From Candidatus Micrarchaeota archaeon (GTDB taxonomy: Archaea; Micrarchaeota; Micrarchaeia; Anstonellales; Bilamarchaeaceae), in NCBI GenBank assembly GCA_014727925.1, contig WJMN01000047.1, forward strand, positions 41,833 through 105,832: a stretch of 64,000 nt of DNA, written 5' to 3'. Position numbers and translations under genes: made by a program. The notes below the pieces were generated by a model. It was given only the letters and a program-made list of their open reading frames with translations, was not told the DNA's origin and did not search any database. Position 1 is the first letter of the stretch, and each line of letters starts with the position of its first letter. Below, in pieces: positions 1 through 9,526 of the stretch.

Positions 1-55
1 ATAGGCTTTTTCAGGGAAGGAAGAATAGAGAACATGATTCCAAAATGCAGGAGAA

Positions 56-2776
56 TCATTCAAGGATGATTGCAGGCTTTCCCGGAGCAGCTGCAGCCGC
101 CTTCTCGTGCTCTGCTCCTCCCTCCCTTCCAATAACCACTTCAGCACCGGTTTCCCTGGAAATAAATGCTTTTGCATCCTCTAGTGCCCCAAGCTCTTCC
201 TCTTCCCCAAGCACAGCCGGAAGCGAGTGGACTTTTTTAAGGAGGGACTTTGCAAATTTTGAGGCTGCCCCCATATCCTCCACCCTGTTTGCCTTTGCCC
301 ATTCAATCCCTGCACGCATATCCTTCTTTTCCCGCATTTCCCTGTATATCTCCCTTTTCCAGGGCGCGGCAGCATAAATGTAGATTCTGGATGCCTTTTT
401 TCCAAATCGCTTTTCTATATTTTCCACATCCCCCAGCACCCCTAAGATGAGTTTCTCTCCCATCTCAACTGCATCATCTATCGCACCATATTCCGGCCCA
501 GGGTATTTCTGCTCAACAGCCAGCCCATCTTTTTCGCATCCTGACCATATCTCTTCGGCAAGGTGGGGCATGAAAGGAGAGAATGCGATGCACCATTTTT
601 CCAGGAATTCTCCGAGCGCCGGCGTTTCGGAGCGTTTTATGTACCACTGCAATTCCTGGACTGTTTCATAGAAAAGCATCTGCCCAAGCTCCCTTATCTG
701 CATTCCTGAATAAAGCAACTGCGCATCCCTTAGCTTTCTGTTCAGGCGGGAGCGGAGCCATTTTCCTGCCCGCGAGCCATCTCCTGCTTTTCTATATTTG
801 CTCAGGGAAAGCATGTATTCGGCCCTCTCCTTTACCCCCTCAGCAATGCTTGTTTCAAAATTTGTGTCCTGGGGAAGGTCCGCTCCTCCCACTACAGAGA
901 ATCTTACCACATCCGCACCATATTTCCTTATCGCTTCCCTGAGGGGGAGAATGTTCCCAAGCGATTTGCTCATCTTCTTGCCCTCCATGAGCACAAACCC
1001 GTTTACGATTATGCTCTTCGGCCATTGGGCCTTTGGGAACACTGCAGCATGGTTGAAAATAAAGAAGGGGAGGTGATTCCTTACCAGGTCTGCCCCGGAA
1101 TGCCTTGCATCAAGCGGATACCAGTACAGGAATATTTTCCGCAGCTTCTCTGCTTCCGGGTGCACATCTTTGTCCCCTTTCCCCAAAAACACATAATCAA
1201 AAAATTCCTCGGTAAGCTCTTCCGGGGACATTCCTGAAAGCTCATGGGCGATGGTGTAAAAAGCCATGTATATTGTTGAATCCGAAAGCGGTTCCACAAT
1301 CTTGCTCTCATCAAAAGGGAAAGGAGTTCCCAACCCAGAAGACCTTGTGCACGCCTTCTTCTTGAGCCAGTCTACTGTGCGGAGATAGTCCTTTCTGGTT
1401 TTTTCAGGTATAAGCGACATTTCGGCCAGGCACTCCTTTGCCTTTATTTTCCATTCCTCATCCCCATAGTTGATGAACCACTGGTTTTCCACCCTCTTTA
1501 CTGCTATCCTTGTTCCGCATCTGCAGACTACCGGTCCGTTTGCAACCACGTAAATTGTAAATGCCTTGTTTTCTGTTGCAAGTTTTTCTGCAACCCTTTC
1601 CTTTGCCTCCAGCACAGGCATCCCTTCAAATTCCCCAATGGTCATCTTCCCTTTGTGCGCCTCTTTCTTGTAAAGTTCCTTGGTAGCAATCTCTGCTTTT
1701 ACATCTCCCTGTCCCTCAACCCCCAGTTTATCAATAATCCCTTTTGCAGGAATCTCTGTAGCACCGGGAAAGGAGAGAAGGGGGATAGGGGGAAGCTCCT
1801 CCAGCTTATCCAGGTCCCGGAGCGCAAGATAATCATAGGGAGCGTGGGCAGGAACGCTCATTACAATCCCTGTCCCTGCCGAAGGGTCAACAAAGGATGC
1901 GGGAAGCACCGGAACCCCCCTTCCAAGCGGAGTCATTGCTTTTTTCCCCGCAAGCACACTTCCATCAATTTCTCCTAGCACTTCGCCTTCCATCTGAAGG
2001 GAAACCGCCTCCCATGCATCTTTACCGAAATAAAGCACCCCTTCCTTTGTTTTTACCCTGACTATTTTTGATTTGGGGCTTACCCACAAATTTGTAACTC
2101 CATAAACTGTTTCCGGGCGGTAGGTGCTCACAACAAGGAATTCCCCTCCCCCGAGCCCGAACTTTACTGCAGTAACCTCTTCGATTTCCGGGTCCACATC
2201 TCCCTTTGTGTCATGTGAGCTCACTACGTTTCCGCAGGAAGGGCACCAGGCAAGCCTGTGGTTTCCCTGCGTAATGTATCCCAGCTCATGCAGCTTCTTC
2301 ATCTGCCACTGGATAAATTTGCTAAAATACCTGTCAAATGTGTAGAATTTTCTTCTCCAGTCTATTGAATATCCCATTTCCTTCATCCCCTCTTCAATCT
2401 CCCCTGAAAAATACATCACAAGCTTTTTCGGGTCTCCCAGTTCCGCAAGCTTTTCTTCCGGAATTCCATAGATGTCCCTGAATATCCTCAGTAATTCCTC
2501 ATCTTTTTCCCTTATTTTTTTTGCCATGGCCAATATTGGAGTCCCTGTTACGTGGAATGCCATGGGCAGGAGCACGTTTTTGCCCTTCAGCCTTGCATAG
2601 CGCGCATGGATATCCAATATGGTATATGTCCTTCCGTGGCCTATGTGCTGAGGGGAATTCGGGTAAGGGAATGCAGCAGTATAGAACTGCTTTTCCCCAC
2701 CTTCATCCTTAGGATTGTAAGCCCCTCCCTTTTCCCACACTCCCTGCCACTTTTTTTCCATCTCCCTAAATTCCAT
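56..2776 (-). CDS. leuS: Leucyl-tRNA synthetase, archaeal type
   Basis: 906 aa. HIGH motif (PQHIGHGRTY) near the N-terminus, KMSKS motif (KMSKSLGN), editing domain length typical of archaeal class Ia LeuRS. Confidence 0.93.
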   Translation of the reverse strand: MEFREMEKKWQGVWEKGGAYNPKDEGGEKQFYTAAFPYPNSPQHIGHGRTYTILDIHARYARLKGKNVLLPMAFHVTGTPILAMAKKIREKDEELLRIFRDIYGIPEEKLAELGDPKKLVMYFSGEIEEGMKEMGYSIDWRRKFYTFDRYFSKFIQWQMKKLHELGYITQGNHRLAWCPSCGNVVSSHDTKGDVDPEIEEVTAVKFGLGGGEFLVVSTYRPETVYGVTNLWVSPKSKIVRVKTKEGVLYFGKDAWEAVSLQMEGEVLGEIDGSVLAGKKAMTPLGRGVPVLPASFVDPSAGTGIVMSVPAHAPYDYLALRDLDKLEELPPIPLLSFPGATEIPAKGIIDKLGVEGQGDVKAEIATKELYKKEAHKGKMTIGEFEGMPVLEAKERVAEKLATENKAFTIYVVANGPVVCRCGTRIAVKRVENQWFINYGDEEWKIKAKECLAEMSLIPEKTRKDYLRTVDWLKKKACTRSSGLGTPFPFDESKIVEPLSDSTIYMAFYTIAHELSGMSPEELTEEFFDYVFLGKGDKDVHPEAEKLRKIFLYWYPLDARHSGADLVRNHLPFFIFNHAAVFPKAQWPKSIIVNGFVLMEGKKMSKSLGNILPLREAIRKYGADVVRFSVVGGADLPQDTNFETSIAEGVKERAEYMLSLSKYRKAGDGSRAGKWLRSRLNRKLRDAQLLYSGMQIRELGQMLFYETVQELQWYIKRSETPALGEFLEKWCIAFSPFMPHLAEEIWSGCEKDGLAVEQKYPGPEYGAIDDAVEMGEKLILGVLGDVENIEKRFGKKASRIYIYAAAPWKREIYREMREKKDMRAGIEWAKANRVEDMGAASKFAKSLLKKVHSLPAVLGEEEELGALEDAKAFISRETGAEVVIGREGGAEHEKAAAAAPGKPAIILE

Positions 2777-2799
2777 AAGCGTTGCCTCTGATTAAGAGT

Positions 2800-2826
2800 A
2801 AAGTTTATGTAAATACATTTATATTT
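2800..2826. promoter_or_regulatory. Bidirectional AT-rich promoter region (TATA-like elements) between leuS and the six-gene membrane array
   Basis: AAAGTTTATGTAAATACATTTATATTTG. TTTATATTT lies 23 nt upstream of the ATG at 2849, and the complementary element lies about 30 nt upstream of the leuS start. Confidence 0.4.
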
Positions 2827-2848
2827 GTTAGTCGCCAGAAGTATCCCC

Positions 2849-4072
2849 ATGAGCGGGCCATCATTACCCATGCAAGTCCTGCCCCTGCTCCAGGCCGGTG
2901 AGGTTTCATGGCTTGGCCAGGAGGTTTCCCAGAATCCCATGGTCACCAGCCTTCTCCCTATTGCCCTCCTCACTGCAGCATTTATCATAACCCTCTATTA
3001 CCTTATTGGAAAAGCCCTGAGCTCCCCCCAGGTGAATGCATTTGCCACAGAAGAGTTCTCCCAGCTTCTGGTTTCTGTTTTCATCGCAGTTGCCTGGTTT
3101 GCGGTTTATGGAGCGCTTGCAGGGGCAACTTCGCTTGCAATATGCTATCCGGATTACTGCGACCATTTTGACATCGCCTTCTACTCTCTTGATATGCTTT
3201 TCTACAAGCTAATTTCCACCTACATTGGCTACACCACAATAGAGATATTTGTGGGTCTTGTTTCAAGCCTCGGGTTCAGCGTTCCTCTTAAGTCCCCGGT
3301 GCTTGCAGTAAAATTCCTCAGTTTTTCACCTTACTCTGGGATGGGGATGCTTAGCAATTCAATAGTAGGGATACTAGAAAGCCTGGGGATGTTCATCGGG
3401 CTTGTTGTCGGGAGGAAGCAGCTCCTCACCTTTTTCTATGAGATAACCCCGATGTTCCTACTCCCGTTCGGGCTTTTCCTTCGCTCCCTCCCGTTTACCA
3501 GAAAAACAGGCTCCAGCATAATTGCAATAGCTTTTGCAGGATTTTTCATCTTTCCTGCTTCAATAATCCTTTCCCACTATATGATGTTCGGGACAAGCGG
3601 CCACCTCGCCTACATCCCCATGGCCCCCACTCCCACTGGGCTCTGCACGGCCCCGGAAAACCCAGAGGATGAGGCAGCTGCCCTAGCTTACCTAAACCAG
3701 TCAAACACAGAGGTGAGGGAACACCTTGCGGAAGACTTAAGCGCCTCTGCCTCGTATGAAGGCAACTGGTACCAGTTTTCCGGGCTGGCCAATGCCATAT
3801 ATTCCTGGATTGCAGAGGCCCTTGATGAGTCGTGGGGCGTTGTTTCGGAGAAATTTTCATTTTATTCCCTCTTTGACCTGCTCAAGCCCACAACATTCGC
3901 TTATTTCTTTTATTTCCTGATACTAGAGCACCTCCAGGCATTTGCACAGGTTGCAGTAATGACCATAGTCACTTTCGTGATTGAGATAATAATTACGGTT
4001 ACCGGGTACCGCGCAATAGCAGCGGCGCTTGGCGGGGAACTGGAAATTCTCGGCCTCACAAAGGTGGTGTGA
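2849..4072 (+). CDS. Polytopic membrane protein, paralog 1 of a six-gene tandem family (unknown function)
   Basis: Multiple hydrophobic helices. Shared motif LLPFGLFLRSLPFTRKTGSSIIAIAFAGFFIFP and conserved C-terminal tail ...ELEILGLTKVV. The ORF-track start (TTG 2825) lies inside a TATA-like element, so the ATG at 2849 (MSGPSLP...) fits a leaderless transcript. The stop overlaps the next paralog start (GTGATG). Confidence 0.7.
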   Translation: MSGPSLPMQVLPLLQAGEVSWLGQEVSQNPMVTSLLPIALLTAAFIITLYYLIGKALSSPQVNAFATEEFSQLLVSVFIAVAWFAVYGALAGATSLAICYPDYCDHFDIAFYSLDMLFYKLISTYIGYTTIEIFVGLVSSLGFSVPLKSPVLAVKFLSFSPYSGMGMLSNSIVGILESLGMFIGLVVGRKQLLTFFYEITPMFLLPFGLFLRSLPFTRKTGSSIIAIAFAGFFIFPASIILSHYMMFGTSGHLAYIPMAPTPTGLCTAPENPEDEAAALAYLNQSNTEVREHLAEDLSASASYEGNWYQFSGLANAIYSWIAEALDESWGVVSEKFSFYSLFDLLKPTTFAYFFYFLILEHLQAFAQVAVMTIVTFVIEIIITVTGYRAIAAALGGELEILGLTKVV

Positions 4073-5037
4073 TGCCCCTCCTGGAAACATACCTCCCGAT
4101 AGTCGGAATAACTGTGCTTGCAGTTGTTGCATATATCTCAATAATAACTATTGCTGCATTTGCCCTGAGGCGCCCCCAGCTTGCTGCGTATGCAAGGATA
4201 GAGTCCTACCAGCTATTTCTCTCGTTCCTCATACTTGTTGCCGCATTTGCAGCCATGGAATTCTCCAACCTGATTTCTACTATGATTTCCCAGGCACCCC
4301 CAGGGGAAACAGCAATAGACATTTCAGTGGATTTTCTAGAAAAGGTAATCCATGAAGGTATCCTGCCTATTTACCTAAAGCTCGTGAGGATGGAAGTCCT
4401 GCTCACCTACTTCAATGCAGTTGAGTACAGGATGGGTCCTGGAGTATGGAACTGGATAACCAAAGCAGTTCCCGGTCTTGACCCAATAATTTCCCTGGTG
4501 CGGATGCTTGTTTTCACATTTACTGCCCTATATGGAACTCTCAGCGTCCAGATAATAATATTCCACCTAATTGATGCGATTATGTACTTTTATGTGCTGC
4601 CCGCAGGAGTAATATTGCGGTTTTTCCCGCCCACGCGGGACGCAGGGGTCTATCTGATAGTGCTGGCCATAGCTTTCCAGGCATTTTTTCCCATGTTTTA
4701 TGCAATAAACTATGCTGCACTGGATGACATGTGGGAGATGCACGGGTGGGCGGACCCGGACAGCACCGGAACTTACGATAGTTATACTCCGGATATTGAA
4801 GACACCAATTATTTTGAAAGCGTCAACTCGGCACTGGGCACTGCGACAAGCATGGCAGATACTTATTTCAATTGGGCACTTCCTGTGTTCCAGCCCTTCG
4901 CTTTCTCAGTGCTGGTTCCATTCCTTGACCGTATTGCCCAAATTTCCCTGGTCGGGCTGTTTCTCCCGGCCCTTTCAATGAGCATTACAATAGCCTTAAT
5001 TAATGCGGTGACCAAGTTCATCACCGGGAAGGGATAG
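4069..5037 (+). CDS. Polytopic membrane protein, paralog 2 of the six-gene family
   Basis: Motif VLPAGVILRFFPPTRDAGVYLIVLAIAFQAFFP and N-terminal PQLAAYARIESYQLF motif shared with the siblings. 4-nt overlap with the upstream gene and 2-nt gap to the downstream gene. Confidence 0.7.
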   Translation: MMPLLETYLPIVGITVLAVVAYISIITIAAFALRRPQLAAYARIESYQLFLSFLILVAAFAAMEFSNLISTMISQAPPGETAIDISVDFLEKVIHEGILPIYLKLVRMEVLLTYFNAVEYRMGPGVWNWITKAVPGLDPIISLVRMLVFTFTALYGTLSVQIIIFHLIDAIMYFYVLPAGVILRFFPPTRDAGVYLIVLAIAFQAFFPMFYAINYAALDDMWEMHGWADPDSTGTYDSYTPDIEDTNYFESVNSALGTATSMADTYFNWALPVFQPFAFSVLVPFLDRIAQISLVGLFLPALSMSITIALINAVTKFITGKG

Positions 5038-5038
5038 G

Positions 5039-6301
5039 ATGGTTCTGGAATTGTGGGCGCAATGGGGCGGACTTGCCGGGGTAGGGATAATGCTGGCAGT
5101 TGCATTTGCGGTGCTTGTTTACCTTCTCGGAAGCTTTCTGAACAACGACAGAATGAGGGCCTTTGGGCGGCTTGAGGTTGTAGAAGCTTTCTATTCTGCC
5201 ATACTCCTGATATTAATTTTCTGGATTCTTGCAACAGCAACCGGTGCAGCAGAAACCCTCATAGTGGGCGCCTACCCCGGAGAGATAGGGGCAGCAGTGT
5301 GCGGCTCCCAATACGATGCATACTTCAATGATTATGACGGTGCCTTCCCCTGCCACATGCGCACTGCCCGCTTCTACCTTGACCAGCTATATGCAGAGGG
5401 CAAGGTATTCAATTATGAGCTTCTTTCAATCCACATGTGGTATTCTTTTATGCAGAACATCGGGGTTTCTGCGGATTTCCACGCGCACAGCACCGGCTCT
5501 GCAAATTATTCTCCCCTCGGTTCTATTTTCAGTCTGCCCTCATCCATCTATTCCTACATGTTTGAGATAGGGATGAAGTCCATGATAGTGATACGTTTCC
5601 AGCAGTTCCTGCTGAATTTCATAAACTATTCACTTTTCCCCGTTCTCCTGGTGCTCGGACTTCTTCTGCGCACTTTCCCTTTCAGCCGACGCCTGGGGGG
5701 CCTGCTCATGGCAATGGCAATTTCCCTTTATTTTATTTATCCAATGTTCTATGTGCTAGGAGGCGTAATCTTTGACAATATTGCGATGAAGAGTGCATAT
5801 TATTCCGGGGGCCCCACGGTGGATGAAAACGGAAACATAAAGCGCCCCTCAGTAATCACGTCCCTTGAATTTGACCCTGAGGAGTTTTACGGCAAGGTGG
5901 GCATTACAGATGAAGATGCAGACCTCCTGCCCTCAGGAGACGAAGTGCCGGGCAACAACCAGGACGATGTCAACCTAGACTACCTTGACCAGCTTTATCC
6001 TGAAGAAATGGAGATGTGCAGGAGTTCGGATCTTGGTGTTGTGGACGGGATTTCCATGATATGGGACTGGGCAAAATTGTTCCTTTACGAGGTTGATTTT
6101 ACCGGGCTGATAATCTCAAATGAGAGTTACATAGATTCCCTAATATCCCCCGGTGGGGTGATAGATGCAACCGCCCGCTTTGTATTCTTTTCAATGTTTT
6201 TTGCCCTGCTTTCAATATTTTCCACAGTAGCTGCGATAAGGAGCCTTTCTCCGCTCCTTGGAGGAGACATAGAACTCGCCGGGCTTACCCATCTGCTATG
6301 A
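5039..6301 (+). CDS. Polytopic membrane protein, paralog 3 of the six-gene family
   Basis: Motif LLVLGLLLRTFPFSRRLGGLLMAMAISLYFIYP, C-terminal tail ...IELAGLTHLL, large acidic extracytoplasmic loops. Confidence 0.7.
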   Translation: MVLELWAQWGGLAGVGIMLAVAFAVLVYLLGSFLNNDRMRAFGRLEVVEAFYSAILLILIFWILATATGAAETLIVGAYPGEIGAAVCGSQYDAYFNDYDGAFPCHMRTARFYLDQLYAEGKVFNYELLSIHMWYSFMQNIGVSADFHAHSTGSANYSPLGSIFSLPSSIYSYMFEIGMKSMIVIRFQQFLLNFINYSLFPVLLVLGLLLRTFPFSRRLGGLLMAMAISLYFIYPMFYVLGGVIFDNIAMKSAYYSGGPTVDENGNIKRPSVITSLEFDPEEFYGKVGITDEDADLLPSGDEVPGNNQDDVNLDYLDQLYPEEMEMCRSSDLGVVDGISMIWDWAKLFLYEVDFTGLIISNESYIDSLISPGGVIDATARFVFFSMFFALLSIFSTVAAIRSLSPLLGGDIELAGLTHLL

Positions 6302-6311
6302 GGTTCCAAAA

Positions 6312-7433
6312 ATGAAGACAAAAGTTTTGTTCCTGGTGCTGCTGTTCCTGTCTGCAGGGTTTGCCCAGGCTGGGGACCAGGCTTTGCAGGAGGCCGAACA
6401 GGATGCAATGGAAACTGCCAGCGAACTTCTTCAGGAGATAGGGATAACCAAGGATACCTGTGCCCCGGAAGAAGGCCCGCTTGACCTGGCCATCCCATCA
6501 GCAATAGCCCTGCTTGTTATCGGGACCGGCCTGGCAATATTCTACATGGCCGCTAGTTTTTTCAATTCCCCGCAGATGATTGCCATGGCAAAGCAGGAGG
6601 GCTTTGAGTTTATCCATACCCTGATAATTGTCGTTTTGTTCCTGAGCTTCATTTCCTTTGCCCAGGGTCTGCTGGGCGTTCACGGAGTTGGCCCCCTTGA
6701 TGTATATTCAAAAGCAATGGAATACTGCGTGGTCATGGTGCAGAAGATAACCGGGGACATGTTCTGGCTGGGCTTTTTCAACAACATTGTTTACCTTGTT
6801 TACAGCTCTCCACTTAGAATAGGCATCCTGCACCAGGCGGTCCACTTCAACCTGGGCGGAATACTCAAGCCCATGGTGGACGGGCTGGGCACCATGGCTT
6901 CCCTTCTTTCATTTGCAATGGGAGAGTGGATTGTACAGCTGATTCTGCTATGCCTCATAAAGAAGCACATGCTCACTGTCTTCCTCCCGCTTGGAATCCT
7001 GCTTAAGACCTTTCCCCAGACCAGGGGAGGGGGAAATGCCATAATCGCCATTGCAATAGCCCTTTCCTTGATCTATCCAATGATGATTCTGATGAATTAC
7101 CAGGCATACCAGTACCGTTATGGACAGATGGATGCAATAAGCGGGATAGGCGAAATCCTAAGCGACTGGACAATTTCCGGCGGAACACTTGCCACGGCTG
7201 CAGTGAGCCTTTTCCTGCTAAAGGGCCTGCTCAAGACTCTGCCCGGCATAGTGCTCCTAAGCTGGCTGGTGACGGTTTTCTTTGACCTTTATGCGGACGT
7301 GATTTACACGGTTTTTGTGCTGAGCATTTTCCTTCCCCTCCTCAACATTTTTGTCACATTCACTTTTGCGAGGGAGATAGCAAAATACTTCGGCACGGAA
7401 ATAAATATCTCAGCTTTCACTAAGCTGATATGA
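6312..7433 (+). CDS. Polytopic membrane protein, paralog 4 of the six-gene family (N-terminal signal-peptide-like segment)
   Basis: Motif FLPLGILLKTFPQTRGGGNAIIAIAIALSLIYP, tail ...NISAFTKLI. The N-terminus MKTKVLFLVLLFLSAGFAQA looks like a cleavable signal peptide, unlike the siblings. Confidence 0.7.
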   Translation: MKTKVLFLVLLFLSAGFAQAGDQALQEAEQDAMETASELLQEIGITKDTCAPEEGPLDLAIPSAIALLVIGTGLAIFYMAASFFNSPQMIAMAKQEGFEFIHTLIIVVLFLSFISFAQGLLGVHGVGPLDVYSKAMEYCVVMVQKITGDMFWLGFFNNIVYLVYSSPLRIGILHQAVHFNLGGILKPMVDGLGTMASLLSFAMGEWIVQLILLCLIKKHMLTVFLPLGILLKTFPQTRGGGNAIIAIAIALSLIYPMMILMNYQAYQYRYGQMDAISGIGEILSDWTISGGTLATAAVSLFLLKGLLKTLPGIVLLSWLVTVFFDLYADVIYTVFVLSIFLPLLNIFVTFTFAREIAKYFGTEINISAFTKLI

Positions 7434-7442
7434 GGTGGAACA

Positions 7443-8483
7443 ATGCCATATGAGATGCTTGCGACACAGGCCTGTTCTCCGGAGAACATGCTGATTCCGG
7501 ACTGGCAGGCCCTGGCAGTTGTTGCAATGGCAGCATCCGCAGCCCTCCTCGGCCTCCTTTATGCAATAAACCGGTTTTTTGGAAACGAAGCAGGAGAAGC
7601 AGCAGTCAAGCTGGAGCTTTTTGAGCTTTTTACAACAGTATTCATAGTTATCGTGGTATTTGCGTTGCTTAATTCTGCATGCGGGTATGATGCTAGCGGC
7701 CTGGTAATCGCCCCAAGCAATTTTGAGGCAGGCACAAATATTTTTGACGGGGCGGCCCAGGTTCTTGATGAATTTTCAACAAAGCTGGTGATAATCGCAT
7801 CTCTTCTCCATACAATCTATATTCCTCTTGATTTTACCACTTCCACCACTCTTACCCAACATCCCCTTGGCATGGGAACTGCCTTCCAGCCCACTGGAGG
7901 CTTTGGGGCTGTCATGAAGCCCCCACTTGTGCAGTCTTTCCAGATGGTTGCAGTTGCATTTGTAATTATACGCGCACAGCTTCTTGTGCTTGATTTTGTC
8001 ACTTTTGCCTTTCTCAAATATTACCTCCCCATAGGGATAATCCTGCGTTCCTTTACCCCTACCCGCAGGATAGGTGGAACAATAATAGGGCTCACAATAG
8101 GCATGGTAATCATCTACCCTCTTTTGATAATACTAAATGGGTTCATGCTTGACGGGCTGGACATAATGGATGTAACCAATCTTCCCGAATACTTCGGGGA
8201 GCTGCTTTCTGCTGCTCTTGAGCCTCTTAGGAATTCAACAAAGGTTCTCTCCCTTTATGAGCCCCTCTCAATACTTCAATTCGGAAAGCTGGCAATAACC
8301 AGCTTTTTTGGGGCACTACTTTCTGTATACTATGGACTGTTAATGCGCACTGCGGCAGTGGCTTTTCTTGTGGGGCTTTTTTTCCCCGCTTTCAATACTC
8401 TTTTACTTGTTACCATGATAAGATACCTCACAAAAACACTCGGTGAAGAGATGGATGTCACCAACCTCACGAGGCTGATATAA
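7443..8483 (+). CDS. Polytopic membrane protein, paralog 5 of the six-gene family
   Basis: Motif YLPIGIILRSFTPTRRIGGTIIGLTIGMVIIYP, tail ...MDVTNLTRLI. The stop overlaps the next start (TAATGG). Confidence 0.7.
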   Translation: MPYEMLATQACSPENMLIPDWQALAVVAMAASAALLGLLYAINRFFGNEAGEAAVKLELFELFTTVFIVIVVFALLNSACGYDASGLVIAPSNFEAGTNIFDGAAQVLDEFSTKLVIIASLLHTIYIPLDFTTSTTLTQHPLGMGTAFQPTGGFGAVMKPPLVQSFQMVAVAFVIIRAQLLVLDFVTFAFLKYYLPIGIILRSFTPTRRIGGTIIGLTIGMVIIYPLLIILNGFMLDGLDIMDVTNLPEYFGELLSAALEPLRNSTKVLSLYEPLSILQFGKLAITSFFGALLSVYYGLLMRTAAVAFLVGLFFPAFNTLLLVTMIRYLTKTLGEEMDVTNLTRLI

Positions 8484-9526
8484 TGGACGGCTGGATAATG
8501 ATATCTGCGGTCGCGGTTATAATCTCTGCCCTGCTTGCAGCTATCATGATAATGGCCTCCCGCCTCATGCAGCTCCCTGACCTTGAGCAGTGGGCAAAGT
8601 CCGAGCTGGTCTTCTCGCTTTCCACAGTATTTGTGCTCCTTTTCCTAATCTCCATAATTGAGTTTGCCGAGCCCCTCCTAGTAGACATCATAAGGGAGAT
8701 GACTGAATTCAACTTCGGGCAGCAGAGCGGCCAGATACCTGTGCTTCCCCCAGGGGAAGAGGCCACACTCATGGATTACGCCCTTGCGTATATGCATTCT
8801 GTTTTTTCCTGCATAAAATCTCTTTTCAAGTTCCTGCTCAAGCTGAATTTTCCCCTGGAACTGGCCGCCTCATTCAGCGTGGATGTTTTCATGTTTGATG
8901 CGGTGGGAGGCTGGGTTTACAAGGGCCCGGTCCAGACAATTAAGAACATGGCCAATTACATAACATTCACCCTGTTCATCTATTACTTGTTCATACACAT
9001 AATGCGTTTCCTGGAGGCAACTGCACTCACAATATTCATTCCGCTGGGGATAATTCTCAGGCAGTTTCCCCCCACCCGGGGCTCGGGTGCATTCATAATC
9101 TCATTTGCAATCGGGTTTTATATAGTGTTCCCGCTTGCTTACCTCCTCGTGGTCAATGTGGTGCCGCAAACGTTTGCCTGTCCGGTACTTCCGGAGTTTG
9201 AGCATCTAGATGGCCTTACGGCATATGGAATGGGCGACTCCCATACTGCTTCGGACATGCTTCTCTGGTCCGATGCCCACCAGAGCGGAGTCTGGAATAC
9301 CCTGAGCGGAATAGGCGGGTATCTTGCAGGTTTCGATCTTGATTCTTTTGATGTAATCCCGGATGCGGTTGAGTTTACTGCAGGAAGGGTTGCAGGGTTT
9401 TCCATAAACCTTTGCTGCCTCCCCTTTCTTGCAATGATAATAACAATGAGCTTCATCCTCTCCAGCACGAATCTTTTCGGAGCTAATCTTCCTGAGATAG
9501 GAAGGGGATTCATCAAGCTAATCTGA
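8483..9526 (+). CDS. Polytopic membrane protein, paralog 6 of the six-gene family
   Basis: Motif FIPLGIILRQFPPTRGSGAFIISFAIGFYIVFP, tail ...GRGFIKLI. Confidence 0.7.
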   Translation: MDGWIMISAVAVIISALLAAIMIMASRLMQLPDLEQWAKSELVFSLSTVFVLLFLISIIEFAEPLLVDIIREMTEFNFGQQSGQIPVLPPGEEATLMDYALAYMHSVFSCIKSLFKFLLKLNFPLELAASFSVDVFMFDAVGGWVYKGPVQTIKNMANYITFTLFIYYLFIHIMRFLEATALTIFIPLGIILRQFPPTRGSGAFIISFAIGFYIVFPLAYLLVVNVVPQTFACPVLPEFEHLDGLTAYGMGDSHTASDMLLWSDAHQSGVWNTLSGIGGYLAGFDLDSFDVIPDAVEFTAGRVAGFSINLCCLPFLAMIITMSFILSSTNLFGANLPEIGRGFIKLI

